A stretch of DNA of 64,000 nt. Origin: Methanothermococcus thermolithotrophicus DSM 2095 (GTDB lineage Archaea; AGJL01; Methanococci; Methanococcales; Methanococcaceae). A program made the position numbers and the translations under genes. The stretch's first letter is position 1. Each line of letters starts with the position of its first letter. The stretch is taken from assembly GCF_946463545.1 (NCBI RefSeq), contig NZ_OX296583.1:1432902-1496901 (forward strand), in the 5' to 3' direction. Of the stretch, positions 1 to 10,250 are shown one piece after another. The notes under the pieces were generated by a model. That model ran no database searches, was not told the origin of the DNA, and saw nothing but the letters and a program-made list of their open reading frames with translations.

Positions 1-1
1 A

Positions 2-481
2 TCCACACTATTAAGAAAGTTAACTGATGCAGAACCTGAAATTAACTCCTACCCATTTACAACAAAGGGGCTAAATATAGGATATACCCAGTCTGGGATC
101 CAGATAATAGATACACCAGGAGTTTTGGATAGGCCTTTGTACGAAAGAAACGACATAGAGCTAAATGCAGTTATTGCACTTAACTATTTGGCTGATATGA
201 TACTATTTGTAATAGACCCAACTGAATACTGCGGTTACACAGTCGAAGAACAACTAAATCTCTTAAATGAAGTTAAAGAAACATTTGAAGTTCCAGTTGT
301 TGTGGTAATTAACAAAATAGATATTGAAGAAAACAAAGATAAACTGGAAAGACTATCTATCCCATCAGAAGATATAGCCGAAATTATTAAAATATCCTCC
401 CAGACAGGTCAGGGATTGGATGAAGTTAATAAAGTAATCAGAAAAGTTTTAAAAGAGACTGGAAGATTGGATAGCCAATAA
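2..481 (+). CDS. NOG1-family GTP-binding protein, C-terminal part (5' end outside window)
   Basis: Frame is open from position 2. DTPG (G3) and NKID (G4) GTPase motifs are present. The ...IQIIDTPGVLDRPLYERN... stretch is typical of archaeal Nog1-like GTPases. Confidence 0.7.
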   Translation, partial: STLLRKLTDAEPEINSYPFTTKGLNIGYTQSGIQIIDTPGVLDRPLYERNDIELNAVIALNYLADMILFVIDPTEYCGYTVEEQLNLLNEVKETFEVPVVVVINKIDIEENKDKLERLSIPSEDIAEIIKISSQTGQGLDEVNKVIRKVLKETGRLDSQ

Positions 482-483
482 TA

Positions 484-1140
484 TTATTTATTTTGAATGG
501 ATTTATAGCTCTTAAATCCACCAACTAATCTTTTAACCTTAAAACCCATTAATTTTAAAATAAATGCTACAGTCTGGCTTCTCATGCCGCCTCTTGCACA
601 AAATACAACAAGTGTTTTATTTTTATCCAATTTTAGAGCTTCTTTTACTATTCTATCGATTGCTTTTGGAATTATTTCCACAGCTAAATCCATGGCTTTA
701 TCCTTACCTTCTTTTTTGTAAATTTTACTTATGGATATATGCTCATCGGTTAAAAACAGCGGGATATTCACGGCATTTGGAATTGTTTTTTCGGCATATT
801 CCTTTGGGGTCCTTGCATCCACTAAAATAAATTCATCTTCATTCATTTTTTCAAGTTCTTCAATTGTTAGGAGCTCCTCAGTTAGTTCCTTACCTATTGA
901 ATCTAAATATTTTTTAATGTCTATTGGTTCAAAATATATTAATTCACCTTGATACTCTACAGTTTTTGGAGAATTTATTTTTTTAGATTCTTTCAAAATA
1001 AATGATGCTAAATCTCCGCCTATCTTTCCAGCCAATATATTTTTACCGTTTGTTATCATTTTTTTACCGTCTTTTAAACGTATGGCTAGTACGACATTTT
1101 CCTTGAATGTTAAAAGTCTTGATAGTATTTCCTCATCCAT
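484..1140 (-). CDS. Rhodanese-domain protein, probably the rhodanese half of a split tRNA 2-selenouridine synthase (SelU/MnmH)
   Basis: The C-terminal rhodanese active-site loop VFCARGGMRSQ (CxxGxR) is present. The gene lies immediately downstream of a P-loop gene on the same strand. Confidence 0.55.
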   Translation of the reverse strand: MDEEILSRLLTFKENVVLAIRLKDGKKMITNGKNILAGKIGGDLASFILKESKKINSPKTVEYQGELIYFEPIDIKKYLDSIGKELTEELLTIEELEKMNEDEFILVDARTPKEYAEKTIPNAVNIPLFLTDEHISISKIYKKEGKDKAMDLAVEIIPKAIDRIVKEALKLDKNKTLVVFCARGGMRSQTVAFILKLMGFKVKRLVGGFKSYKSIQNK

Positions 1141-1148
1141 AATTATCC

Positions 1149-1808
1149 CTAATTCTTTAATCCATGTTTTTTTAGTTTCTCGTTAATGAAGTTATTAACT
1201 ACATCTGCTGATTCTAAGGTATTTTCATTATAAATCACCAGATCAGGCTCTATTTTTTTGATATGCCTTAAATAGTGCTGTCTGTACAGTTTTTCTTCCA
1301 CAATTACCGCAGCTTCGTAGTATTCGTCATTGTTTACAAGTTCGATAATTCTATCCAAGGCTTCAAGTGCGTCTTTCCTCCTTAAAGAGTTTTTTAATAG
1401 AATAAACTTTGATAGGAGGATTTCTTTTTCTTTCTCGTTGTTTGGTAGATAGTACTTTAGGAGCCTTTTTATTTGGCAGTGATATGGGCAATCTATTACA
1501 ATTTTGTAGTTGTAGCTTTTAATATTGGAAAAAGGCCCTGGAATGATTAGTTTTTTTGCTCCGCCTATTTTTCTTCCTTCGAATTCTGTAACGCAGTATC
1601 CTGCTTTTTTGGCTTTTTCATACTGTTTATTTAGCAGGTGATCGAATTCCTCCTGACTCCGTTGTTTTAAATTATATAAATCTCCCAAAACACTACCTCT
1701 CGTGTTTCCGCATGCTTCAATATCCACCACTGGATGAAATTTCTTTAATTCCTGTAAAATTTCCGTTTTTCCACAACCGGTCTTACCAAATAATCCAAAA
1801 ATAATCAT
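1149..1808 (-). CDS. P-loop NTPase, probably the P-loop half of a split SelU/MnmH
   Basis: Walker A GKTGCGKT is present, followed by an ...EFEGRKIGG...IIP... pattern resembling the SelU C-terminal domain. GGTGA ribosome-binding site sits 5 nt before the ATG. It is paired with the rhodanese gene. Confidence 0.5.
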   Translation of the reverse strand: MIIFGLFGKTGCGKTEILQELKKFHPVVDIEACGNTRGSVLGDLYNLKQRSQEEFDHLLNKQYEKAKKAGYCVTEFEGRKIGGAKKLIIPGPFSNIKSYNYKIVIDCPYHCQIKRLLKYYLPNNEKEKEILLSKFILLKNSLRRKDALEALDRIIELVNNDEYYEAAVIVEEKLYRQHYLRHIKKIEPDLVIYNENTLESADVVNNFINEKLKKHGLKN

Positions 1809-1810
1809 AT

Positions 1811-2034
1811 AATCACCTGAGTGAAACGAAGGTGAGTTACAAAAACCGTTAGGTTTTTGTTCAATCCCTACCTTAATAGGCGGAGGTTATTAAAAAAGTT
1901 AATGGTTATTTATCTAAATATTTGATTATATATGAAAATAGCTAATAAAATTAAATAAAGTTAACCTCCAAATCCTTTAAAAAAGGATTTGGAATCCCAA
2001 ATCCGATACCTCTTCACTTCGTGAAGAGATATAT
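1811..2034. repeat. Hairpin repeat elements in the selU-argJ intergenic region
   Basis: GAGTTACAAAAACCgttaGGTTTTTGTTCAATC (1834-1866), CCAAATCCtttaaaaaaGGATTTGG and CTCTTCACttcgGTGAAGAG. Confidence 0.6.
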
Positions 2035-2120
2035 TTTTAGCCGGTTTTGTATTGCTATATAGTGCCAAAGTTAGTGGAATGACTAAAAAATAAGCAAAAA
2101 TAAAAAAAGCAAAATTAAAA

Positions 2121-3374
2121 TTATGTTGTATATTCTGAGTTAATTCTTACGTATTCGTAACCTAAATCACAACCATAGGATGTATTTTCTTCATTACCTA
2201 ATTTTAAATCCACTATTATTTTTATTTTCTCATTTTTCATAATTTCTTCTGCTTTTATGAGCTCCGCTGTTCCTTCGTCTGCTATCTGTTCCCCATCCTT
2301 AACAAGATAAACCTCTTCTTTAAAATCGCCAATCAAAACGTCTATTTTATTCATGTCCATCTCTGCTCCACTGTATCCCACTGCAGCTACAATTCTACCC
2401 CAGTTAGGGTCGCTACCAAATAATGCAGTTTTTACTAAGAGTGACCTAACAACTGACATAGAAGCTTTTTTTGCATCTTCTTTGGTCTTAGCCCCTCTTA
2501 CCAAGACTTCCATGAATTTTGTAGCTCCTTCTCCATCGCTTACAATCATCTTTGCGAGCTCCCTGCATACATAGGCAATGGCTTTATCAAAAGTTTCTTT
2601 ACAGTCTTTGTAGTTAACTCCACTTTCCCCATTTGCAAGAACAAAAACAGTGTCGTTTGTGCTCATATCTCCATCCACAACTGCACTATTGAAGCTCTCA
2701 TCAACTGCATTTTGTAGTGATTCTGTTAGTTCATCCCTGTTTATTTCTATATCTGTAGTTATGAAACATAACATTGTTGCATGGAGCATGTTTGGAGCTA
2801 TCATTCCAGCCCCTTTGGCTATTCCTCCGACTCTAACTTTTTTTCCGTTAACTTCAAATTCAACTGCAGTCGTTTTTGGAAATGCGTCTGTAGTCATTAT
2901 CGCTTTTGCAGAGTTTAAATTATTGTTTTCTTTGGTTAGGATATCGTATGTTTTTTTCAGTCTATCTTTTATAATATCCATTGGCATTTTTCTACCGATT
3001 ACACCCGTAGAGGCAATCAAAACCTGATTTTCAGGAATGTTTAACAATCTTGCAGTTTCTTTAATCATTTCTTTTGCATCTTCCATTCCATCCTTTGTAA
3101 AACAGTTGGCATTACCGCTGTTTGCAACAATTGCCCTTATTTTTTCATTATTTTTTAAAATTTCCTTTGACAGTTTCACAGGATGGGCATAAACCTTGTT
3201 TGTTGTAAATACACCTGCGGCAACTGCCTCTTTTTCGGATAAAATTAAAGCTACACCGTATTTATCTTCTTTAAAACCGTTTGCTTTAAATCCTTTTGGA
3301 GCTACGACTCCATTATCGATTACTTTTATCTCCAAGTCGTTCATTGTATTATTGGTTTGATTTGTTTGTCCCAT
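2121..3374 (-). CDS. argJ: Glutamate N-acetyltransferase / amino-acid acetyltransferase ArgJ
   Basis: ArgJ-like throughout, including the ATMLCFITTD autoproteolytic site region. The likely start is the ATG at 3374, preceded by GGTGG. The ORF track extends to 3413. Confidence 0.85.
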   Translation of the reverse strand: MGQTNQTNNTMNDLEIKVIDNGVVAPKGFKANGFKEDKYGVALILSEKEAVAAGVFTTNKVYAHPVKLSKEILKNNEKIRAIVANSGNANCFTKDGMEDAKEMIKETARLLNIPENQVLIASTGVIGRKMPMDIIKDRLKKTYDILTKENNNLNSAKAIMTTDAFPKTTAVEFEVNGKKVRVGGIAKGAGMIAPNMLHATMLCFITTDIEINRDELTESLQNAVDESFNSAVVDGDMSTNDTVFVLANGESGVNYKDCKETFDKAIAYVCRELAKMIVSDGEGATKFMEVLVRGAKTKEDAKKASMSVVRSLLVKTALFGSDPNWGRIVAAVGYSGAEMDMNKIDVLIGDFKEEVYLVKDGEQIADEGTAELIKAEEIMKNEKIKIIVDLKLGNEENTSYGCDLGYEYVRINSEYTT

Positions 3375-3429
3375 TTTTCCACCTGACTTTATAGTATTGA
3401 ATATAATCGCCATTTATGATATGATATTT

Positions 3430-4749
3430 TTATTTTTTGTGAAATTGCCATACTTTCAATTTTTCTATGGTAAAGTACAATGTAATGACAAATATAAAAA
3501 ATGATGATATTAAAGTTGCAGCAGCTCCTCCAACTATCCCAATGTTCTTAACCAAGATATAGTTTAAAATGGCATTTAACACCACGCCAAAGGATATAAC
3601 ATAAAGGGGCACTTTTGCATAACCAAGACCTTGCAGTGAAGCAGCACATATTGTATATGAGCCCATAAATGCAGCTGAGATTGACAGTATCTTCAAGCTT
3701 AGGGATGATTCATAATAATCTATATTGAAGAACAGTATAAGCAATTCCTTTGAAAATATGAGGAACATAAATAAAAACGGAGTTACAATTCCTAAATTCA
3801 TCAGTATGGCTTTTTTAAAGTAATTTACATCCTTTGTTTTTGCGATTCTTGGAATTAATGGTATTGATATTGAAGATGCAAATAAAAAAAGAGCTCTTGA
3901 CAGTAGTGAAGCATAACCATATAATCCGTTTAACTGTGGGCCCAATATTGACATTATAAATATACTGTCCAAATCGCTTAAAAGTCTGTATGATGCTGTT
4001 CCAAGGGCTATAGGTATCGAATAAAGTATGACTTTTTTAACCATCGGGTTTTTAACCATTAATTTAAAACTTCTTATTTTATTTTTAGGTATCAAATTAT
4101 TTTTGGCTATAAAGTAGAATCCTAAAAGTCCTCCGATAATATAACCTAAAGATATGGATAAAATACCGCCCATCACACCGATAAGTGAAGCTAAAAAGAT
4201 TGAAAATATTATTTTTGAAGTATGCTCTGCTATCCAAGTTTTAGAGAGCTCCTTTATTTTCAAGCTACCCTGCAAAACTCCTCTATTCCATGATATAAAT
4301 GCTGAAAATGGGAGGGTCAAGGCTATGATATAATAGATATTAGCATCTAAGTTTTTGTAGTATCCTCCCAAAAAATACTTTAAAAAAATGGTGAATATTC
4401 CACCAATCAATGAAAAAATCAACATTACATTTAATACTCCGTAAATCCAAGATGTTTCATTATAATGGGATTTATTGTCGTGTTTGTATTCGGAAATAAA
4501 TTTTGCCATTGCCGGGGGTATTCCAGAGCAGAAAAAAATAACCAAAGAATCTAAAATAGGTAATACTCCCCTTAAAGTTCCAAAACCCTCTGTTCCAAGT
4601 ATGTAAGCCATTAAAAAGAAAAATATGTAGGATGCACCTTTTGAATAAATATTTGAGAATATCATGTAGAAACTATCTTTCAATAGGCCTTCTTTTCTAA
4701 GGGAATTGAGAACTTTCTTTGATTTTAGATTTTTAAATTTTTTTAACAT
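3430..4749 (-). CDS. Polysaccharide biosynthesis protein / Wzx-like flippase (MOP superfamily)
   Basis: About 12-14 predicted hydrophobic helices. Composition is typical of oligosaccharide flippases. Confidence 0.65.
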   Translation of the reverse strand: MLKKFKNLKSKKVLNSLRKEGLLKDSFYMIFSNIYSKGASYIFFFLMAYILGTEGFGTLRGVLPILDSLVIFFCSGIPPAMAKFISEYKHDNKSHYNETSWIYGVLNVMLIFSLIGGIFTIFLKYFLGGYYKNLDANIYYIIALTLPFSAFISWNRGVLQGSLKIKELSKTWIAEHTSKIIFSIFLASLIGVMGGILSISLGYIIGGLLGFYFIAKNNLIPKNKIRSFKLMVKNPMVKKVILYSIPIALGTASYRLLSDLDSIFIMSILGPQLNGLYGYASLLSRALFLFASSISIPLIPRIAKTKDVNYFKKAILMNLGIVTPFLFMFLIFSKELLILFFNIDYYESSLSLKILSISAAFMGSYTICAASLQGLGYAKVPLYVISFGVVLNAILNYILVKNIGIVGGAAATLISSFFIFVITLYFTIEKLKVWQFHKK

Positions 4750-4848
4750 AATCTCACTAAAAGAAAAATTTTATTATTAATGTTTAAACTTAAAAAAGTG
4801 TTATATAAAGAATGTACTCATTGAGTGAAGCAGAATATCCCTTGTAGA

Positions 4849-5844
4849 TTAAACCAGCTCTCCATTAAACGCCTTATTTAATATGGACTCTTTTAACTCT
4901 CTGAATATATTCAATTCTCTTTCCTGTAATTCTTCCAACCTTTTTATTTTCTCGGTTAAAATGTCTAAATAATTTACTATCTCCAACTGTCTTTCTAGAT
5001 TAGGTTGATTGTTTTTGTATGGGATTGGGATTGATAAATTATCAAATACTTCTTTTGAAATAGATGGAATTTCCGAGTCTATGGCATTTTCATTAGGAAT
5101 TGAAAAATAGTGTTTTATAAAATAATAAATAAACTTATTATAAAGATCGTTATTTATAGACGTTGATATTCTCCCAATATCTGAAATGAGAATATTATCT
5201 AGTTCTTCCATGCTTGTTATTTCATTTAATTTAACTAATTCCCAACCTTCTTTATCTGCTATTTCCCTAAAAATTTTATTTAAAACCGAGCTAAATAAAC
5301 CCCTTGTTTCACCTATTGATTTTTGTTTTAACTCTATTGCGTTATCCAAATCTTTAAAAAGGTACTCTATTTTGTCTATAATTTGTTTTTGTTTTTCAAG
5401 CGGGGGTAATAAAAATTCGAATGATTTTATTTCATCCCATGAGCTCTGTGGGTTCATTTCTTGCATGGTTTTGTTAACAAAATTTAAGAAACTTTCAGAG
5501 CTCATGGCAATTAAAAGATATTTTGAATAAATTTTAGCAATATCTGGAGTTAATACAAGTATATCTGTCGAACAGGCTCCATCTACATCTGACAAGACGG
5601 CCTTATTCAAATATTGGCTTGGTTTTCCATATAAAATATCTCCAGCATAAAATTTGTTTTTGCCATCCTCAACTTCCTTTGGGCTACCATAATTGGATAA
5701 ATGCCATTCATTGCTTTTAATGTGTTCCAAACCAACATAAACATTTTCATCCTTCATCTCTAAGGGGCTAATCTGCTCTTCTCGAGTATTGCATACTTCC
5801 CCCAATTTAACCCATTCCCAACCTTCTGGTATATTATATTCCAT
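4849..5844 (-). CDS. hsdS: Type I restriction-modification specificity subunit HsdS (two short target-recognition domains)
   Basis: Two EGWEW/EGWELVKL target-recognition-domain starts are present. A central conserved LPPLEKQ..I repeat and the C-terminal ...LEELQERE....LNKAFNGEL motif are present. Probable ATG is at 5844, preceded by GGTGA. No hsdM or hsdR is nearby. Confidence 0.75.
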   Translation of the reverse strand: MEYNIPEGWEWVKLGEVCNTREEQISPLEMKDENVYVGLEHIKSNEWHLSNYGSPKEVEDGKNKFYAGDILYGKPSQYLNKAVLSDVDGACSTDILVLTPDIAKIYSKYLLIAMSSESFLNFVNKTMQEMNPQSSWDEIKSFEFLLPPLEKQKQIIDKIEYLFKDLDNAIELKQKSIGETRGLFSSVLNKIFREIADKEGWELVKLNEITSMEELDNILISDIGRISTSINNDLYNKFIYYFIKHYFSIPNENAIDSEIPSISKEVFDNLSIPIPYKNNQPNLERQLEIVNYLDILTEKIKRLEELQERELNIFRELKESILNKAFNGELV

Positions 5845-6066
5845 AAATTCACCCACAACGATTTTAATTATAATAAATGTTTTAACTTCATTCTTTTAAA
5901 ACTTCATATGTTCTTCATATTTAATTCCTTTTATACACTTGTATCGAAATGATTAACAAGTAAATTCAAACTTATTTTAATATAAATCACTCTTCTACAT
6001 CCTTTCCTTAAATAATCCACTGTCATAGGTGTATTTTTTTCGCTTCGATTACTCCGACTACTGTTT

Positions 6067-6534
6067 TTATTCGAGCTCCTTTAAAATTTTCTCAATGATG
6101 GGTTTTAATTTTGTGAGCCCCTTTCTAATCAGTTTCCAAATTAAATTATAATCAGCATCCCAATATTGGTAAAGTAGGCTGTTTTCTATTTCTTCTAATT
6201 TTTTAAAAGGTACATTTTTATATTTTTTCTTAAATTCTTCATCAATATATTTTGACGCTTCCCCTATAATTATCAAACATTGAGATACTGCATCTTTTGT
6301 TAGTTTGTCATTTAAAAATTCTTTGTAATTCATATTTTTTGTAAATTCGATGGTGTAATTAATATTTTCTAAAATATCAGTTAAAAATACTTTATTATTT
6401 TTTTCAAATTTGTATATTAATTCGTCATCAGTTGATTTTATTAATTCTGATTTAATATTGTTTTTAAGTATTAAATTTATATTTTCATTAAATAAGTTCT
6501 CCAAATAATTTTCTAAACTTACATAATTATCCAA
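6067..6534 (-). CDS. HEPN-like protein; upstream in-frame sequence (6535-6660) encodes a truncated minimal-nucleotidyltransferase motif
   Basis: The frame stays open upstream to 6660 and encodes ...TPDIDILVEFEDE..., the nucleotidyltransferase catalytic motif. There is no start codon or GS motif. This looks like a 5'-truncated MNT-HEPN fusion next to a hairpin repeat. Confidence 0.35.
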   Translation of the reverse strand: MDNYVSLENYLENLFNENINLILKNNIKSELIKSTDDELIYKFEKNNKVFLTDILENINYTIEFTKNMNYKEFLNDKLTKDAVSQCLIIIGEASKYIDEEFKKKYKNVPFKKLEEIENSLLYQYWDADYNLIWKLIRKGLTKLKPIIEKILKELE

Positions 6535-6686
6535 ATTTTCATACTCATCTTCAAATTCAACTAAAATATCAATATCGGGTGTTTCTTGCTCCCATTTTGG
6601 TAAATCCTTTAATATTCCGATAGTTTTAACTTTGTATTTTTCTTTAGTTCTTTTTGTACTCTAAAAGTATGTTTTTTATTTCGTTT

Positions 6687-6740
6687 AAGGTTTTCGTAGC
6701 GAAGCGGAGAGCTACAAAAACCGAAGGTTTTTGTTTAATC
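6687..6740. repeat. Hairpin repeat element upstream of the truncated MNT-HEPN gene
   Basis: GTAGCgaagcggagaGCTAC, then ACAAAAACCgaaGGTTTTTGTTTAATC. Confidence 0.65.
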
Positions 6741-6816
6741 ATGATATCCCCTCGGAGCTCCCAAAAGTATATATTATGTTAATATCGTATTAATATTATA
6801 TAAATAAAAGGTGGTG

Positions 6817-7065
6817 TTAATGGTTAAAGCAATAGTCAATATTTCAGATGAAAACAATCAAGTAATTAACATTATAAAAGCAAAATACAACCTTAAAGAC
6901 AAAAGCGAAGCGATAAATAAGATAATAGAAGAATACGCAGAAATATTATTAGAACCAGAGTTAAAACCTGATTATGTTGAGAAAATAAAAAGAATTATGG
7001 AAAATGAAACACCCATACATATCGGCTCTGTTGAAGAACTAAATAAAAGATATTTGGGTGAATAG
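6817..7065 (+). CDS. RelB-like antitoxin (small DNA-binding protein)
   Basis: 82 aa, GGTGG ribosome-binding site. Its stop TAG overlaps the ATG of the downstream relE-like gene (TAGATG). Confidence 0.5.
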   Translation, partial: LMVKAIVNISDENNQVINIIKAKYNLKDKSEAINKIIEEYAEILLEPELKPDYVEKIKRIMENETPIHIGSVEELNKRYLGE

Positions 7066-7365
7066 ATGTATGATATTGAAATCATGCCCTCGTTGGATAG
7101 GATACTTACAAAATTATCTAAAAAAGATGGGAAAAAAGTAGAAATCATCTTAAAAAAGATTAGTGAAATAAACAAAAATCCACACCACTATAAAAATTTA
7201 AGAACACCAATGGAAGATTTTAAAAGAGTTCATATTGATAAAAGTTTTGTTTTAATATTTACTGTGGATGATAATGAAAAGAGAGTTATATTTGTAGATG
7301 TTGCTCACCATGATGAGATATATAAAAATAAAAGAATATCAAAAATAAAGAAAATATTGCAATAA
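7066..7365 (+). CDS. relE: RelE/ParE-family toxin
   Basis: 99 aa, basic, with a C-terminal ...KRVIFVDVAHHDEIY pattern typical of archaeal RelE. It is translationally coupled to the antitoxin. Confidence 0.6.
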   Translation: MYDIEIMPSLDRILTKLSKKDGKKVEIILKKISEINKNPHHYKNLRTPMEDFKRVHIDKSFVLIFTVDDNEKRVIFVDVAHHDEIYKNKRISKIKKILQ

Positions 7366-7566
7366 CCATATTTTTAAACTGTATTGAACCATACAGCACG
7401 TTTTATACTCCTGGAAATAACAAAGGCATATATTTAAATACTCTAAGCGCGCAGTATAAAAACCAAAATAACAAATACAACAAGGAACCACACAATAACA
7501 TAACAATAATAATTCTAAAAATAGCAAACATCAAATAATACTCTTTAAATAGTGCAGTGCTAAAAA

Positions 7567-8313
7567 CTAAACTTGCCACTTTTTTTCAAGCAAGTTTTCC
7601 ACTGACTCTTTATGAATTCCCACTGAATATCTTTCCCCATCTAACTCTATTACTGCAAAACTTCTGGATTTTTCAGACGAATCAACCCTAATATATAAAC
7701 CTCCATAATCCATCCTTGTTAAAGTATATTCTGTAAAATGCAAATGCCCATTAAGCACAATTTTTGGTTTTATCAAATTAATGGTATCCATAATCAATTT
7801 TGAACCTTTAGATATTCTGAATTTAAAACATTCCAATTCATTAGAAGAATACACAGGCAATTCAGGAGTTTCATGACAGAGAAAAAAGTCTATTGAGTAA
7901 AGAGACGTTTGAGTTTCCTCAAGAAAATTCCTTGCCTTTATTATAAATGAATCACCCCTTTGCCTTGGCACACCCTTCTTCATTAATCTCTTTTCACTAT
8001 AAATGCCATTAACTCCACATATTTTCAAACCGCAAACTTCAACCACTTCAAAATCCTGCAAAAGCGCCGACCTACCAAGACTGGGGGCAATAATCTGAGT
8101 GAGCTCTTGCATATTCTCATGATTTCCAAAAATTGTAAGGAGGGGTATTTTCTCTAGAATTGGTTGAATAGAATTTCTTGTTAATCCTTCGTCCCAATCT
8201 CCTGCTGATAGGAGTAAATCTGGCCGGGTTTCTATTATGATTTGATTTAACCATTCAAATTGAGCATTTTCTATCATAGTAGTATGCAAATCACTAATAA
8301 ATAGAATTCTCAT
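7567..8313 (-). CDS. Calcineurin-like metallophosphoesterase
   Basis: DLH, GDW.E, GNHE and GHLH metal-ligand motifs are present. Confidence 0.7.
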   Translation of the reverse strand: MRILFISDLHTTMIENAQFEWLNQIIIETRPDLLLSAGDWDEGLTRNSIQPILEKIPLLTIFGNHENMQELTQIIAPSLGRSALLQDFEVVEVCGLKICGVNGIYSEKRLMKKGVPRQRGDSFIIKARNFLEETQTSLYSIDFFLCHETPELPVYSSNELECFKFRISKGSKLIMDTINLIKPKIVLNGHLHFTEYTLTRMDYGGLYIRVDSSEKSRSFAVIELDGERYSVGIHKESVENLLEKKWQV

Positions 8314-8486
8314 ATTATCCCATAATTGTTATAACTGTTATTTTTCTGCATTTGAAGAAACTTACTAGGTTAAATGTTTGCGTATTTTTGAATATAATCG
8401 AACTTTATAATCGAGTGAGATCTACAGTTTTATTACTTGGCAAATATATTAACACATTAAATTTCAATTAAAGAGAGGACTATACT

Positions 8487-8514
8487 ATTTAAATAGTCTT
8501 AAACTGCGCCGTAC
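8487..8514. repeat. 28-bp direct repeat, left copy (ATTTAAATAGTCTTAAACTGCGCCGTAC)
   Basis: 25 of 28 positions match the copy at 19059-19086. Contains a palindromic ACTATTTAAATAGT core. Confidence 0.6.
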
Positions 8515-9949
8515 TCCAAAAAAAGGACATAAATCAACTTAAAAGTATAAAAATACCACTATAAATTACAAAGGCATAATCCCATCCAATTCAATACAAA
8601 ATAATGACCGATTTCTTTTTTTAATTTATTATCCACCGTAATCATTACTACACTGTTATCCATCATCCACAAACTTACTATTCCCTATTACCGGACCTGG
8701 AGGTTATTGCCCAACACCACCAAAAGGAGCTCTCTCACTAGCATATACTTATTAAGAGAACTAGGCACACTTGATCCAAATAGTCTGTTTTATTTAAAAT
8801 ATATTATTTTTTCTTTTAGAAGTGAATAAAAGTATTTAAAAAACATGCCTCCGTAATATTACAAAGGCATATATTCAATAAGGTTAACATTGGCATATAT
8901 TGTGTGAATGGAAAAGTAGAGAATAATATAAGTTTTTCTGATTTTTTCTAATAATTGGCGTTAAATGCGCCTCTGGTTAAGTTTCTTATGTTGGATGTTA
9001 TGTTTAAAAAACTTAAGATATGAGTAAAAATAAAATACAAGGAAGTAAATATTTACAACTTAAGTCTATATCTATCCTTTAATAGGTATTGAAAATGTTA
9101 GGTACCTTCGGATGTATGAACATGCGCCATATTTATTATATATTTCATCAAGTTTTTCATTGATTTGTTCATTTTTTCGCTTAGCAATTCATGGTTGGTG
9201 CTAACATCCTCTGCAAGAGATTTCTTTTAAGTTTTTTCATTAATTTTACATCTTTAAATTTATTTACCAAAAATTCAGACCAATCATGCTCCTTGCAAGC
9301 ATATATAAACAACTCATCCCTAACGAAGAACCTATACCTGTTTTAAAATCTTATCTTCAAATTAGTGGATAAAAAATAGAATACAGCGCTAAAAATCTAT
9401 GATACTACTGAGTCCTATTAAAATAGTTAGATAATGCCTTATAGATTAAGTTAGTCATCAAAACGAAGGGCCAAGGCTGGTTTTTACTAAAATTAAGATT
9501 ATTAACATATTTCAGATGTATGAACATGCGCCACATCATATGGTGTTAAATACACTTAAATTTCTTATAAATTGCGCTATTTAGTATTTATTGGACAATT
9601 GATTATATTGTGCCTTTGTAATATATTACAAGGGCATATACTAGTTCTGGATACTGTATAGAAAAAACTATTCGATGCTAATGATAGGTTAAAAATGAAG
9701 ATACGAAAACTTATAAAACTTTAAGCAATTTAAACTTATATACTGATGAAGAAGAGAAAAATGAAAAATTATTTAAAAGATTAAAAAAAGAAAATTAATA
9801 ATTTCCTACTTTGCTTTTTATGGGGGATATAATGGGGAATATTATGGTTTTAGAACTAATGAATTAATTGAACAAGAAGAAATAGACGAAATACATGTTT
9901 CTGGATTGTTATGGAAATTTAGATTACATATATAAAAATTTGGCAATTG

Positions 9950-10250
9950 TTGGATATGGGGGCGATTGTTTATACTTTTGGTATTAATACTGGTAAAAAG
10001 GTTTGGGAGTTTGAAACAAAAAGGGGTAATCTCATTTTGTAAGTATGGCAATATTGTGATGGTTGGATGTTATGATGATGCATTTATGCCTTAAATTCAA
10101 ATAATGGCTCTAAACTTGGGAGTTTGAGGCGAGTAGTAGTATAGAGGGTCAATGAAAAAAGATATTTTAGTGATGAAATGTAATATCGGGCATATTTATG
10201 CTTTTGATTTTAATATAATATCGGATAATCTCTTAAAAAGTAAATAAATG
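9950..10250 (+). pseudogene. Degraded PQQ-like beta-propeller gene remnant
   Basis: Broken frames encode ...AIVYTFGINTGKKVWEFETKRGN... and ...DDAF.ALNSNNGSKL.EFE....KKDILVMKCNIGHIYAFDFN. These are classic propeller blades interrupted by stops and frameshifts. Confidence 0.45.

Noticed and set aside
564-952. ORF-track entries on the opposite strand of real genes. Examples: 564-830, 731-952, 2353-2574, 2650-3027, 5186-5530, 19364-20284, 20656-21367, 54333-54834, 55218-55719, 56645-57166, 59148-60714.
   Set aside because: All lie antisense inside well-supported genes. They have low-complexity S/L/F-rich translations typical of the reverse strand of AT-rich coding DNA.
7585-7600. TTTTCCACTGA resembling an origin-recognition-box core
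   Set aside because: It is a single copy inside a coding region. There are no clustered repeats and no cdc6/orc gene nearby.
9842-10051. 69-aa minus-strand ORF in the 2-kb ORF-free region
   Set aside because: It overlaps the decayed beta-propeller remnant on the other strand. It has no ribosome-binding site and no protein-like features.
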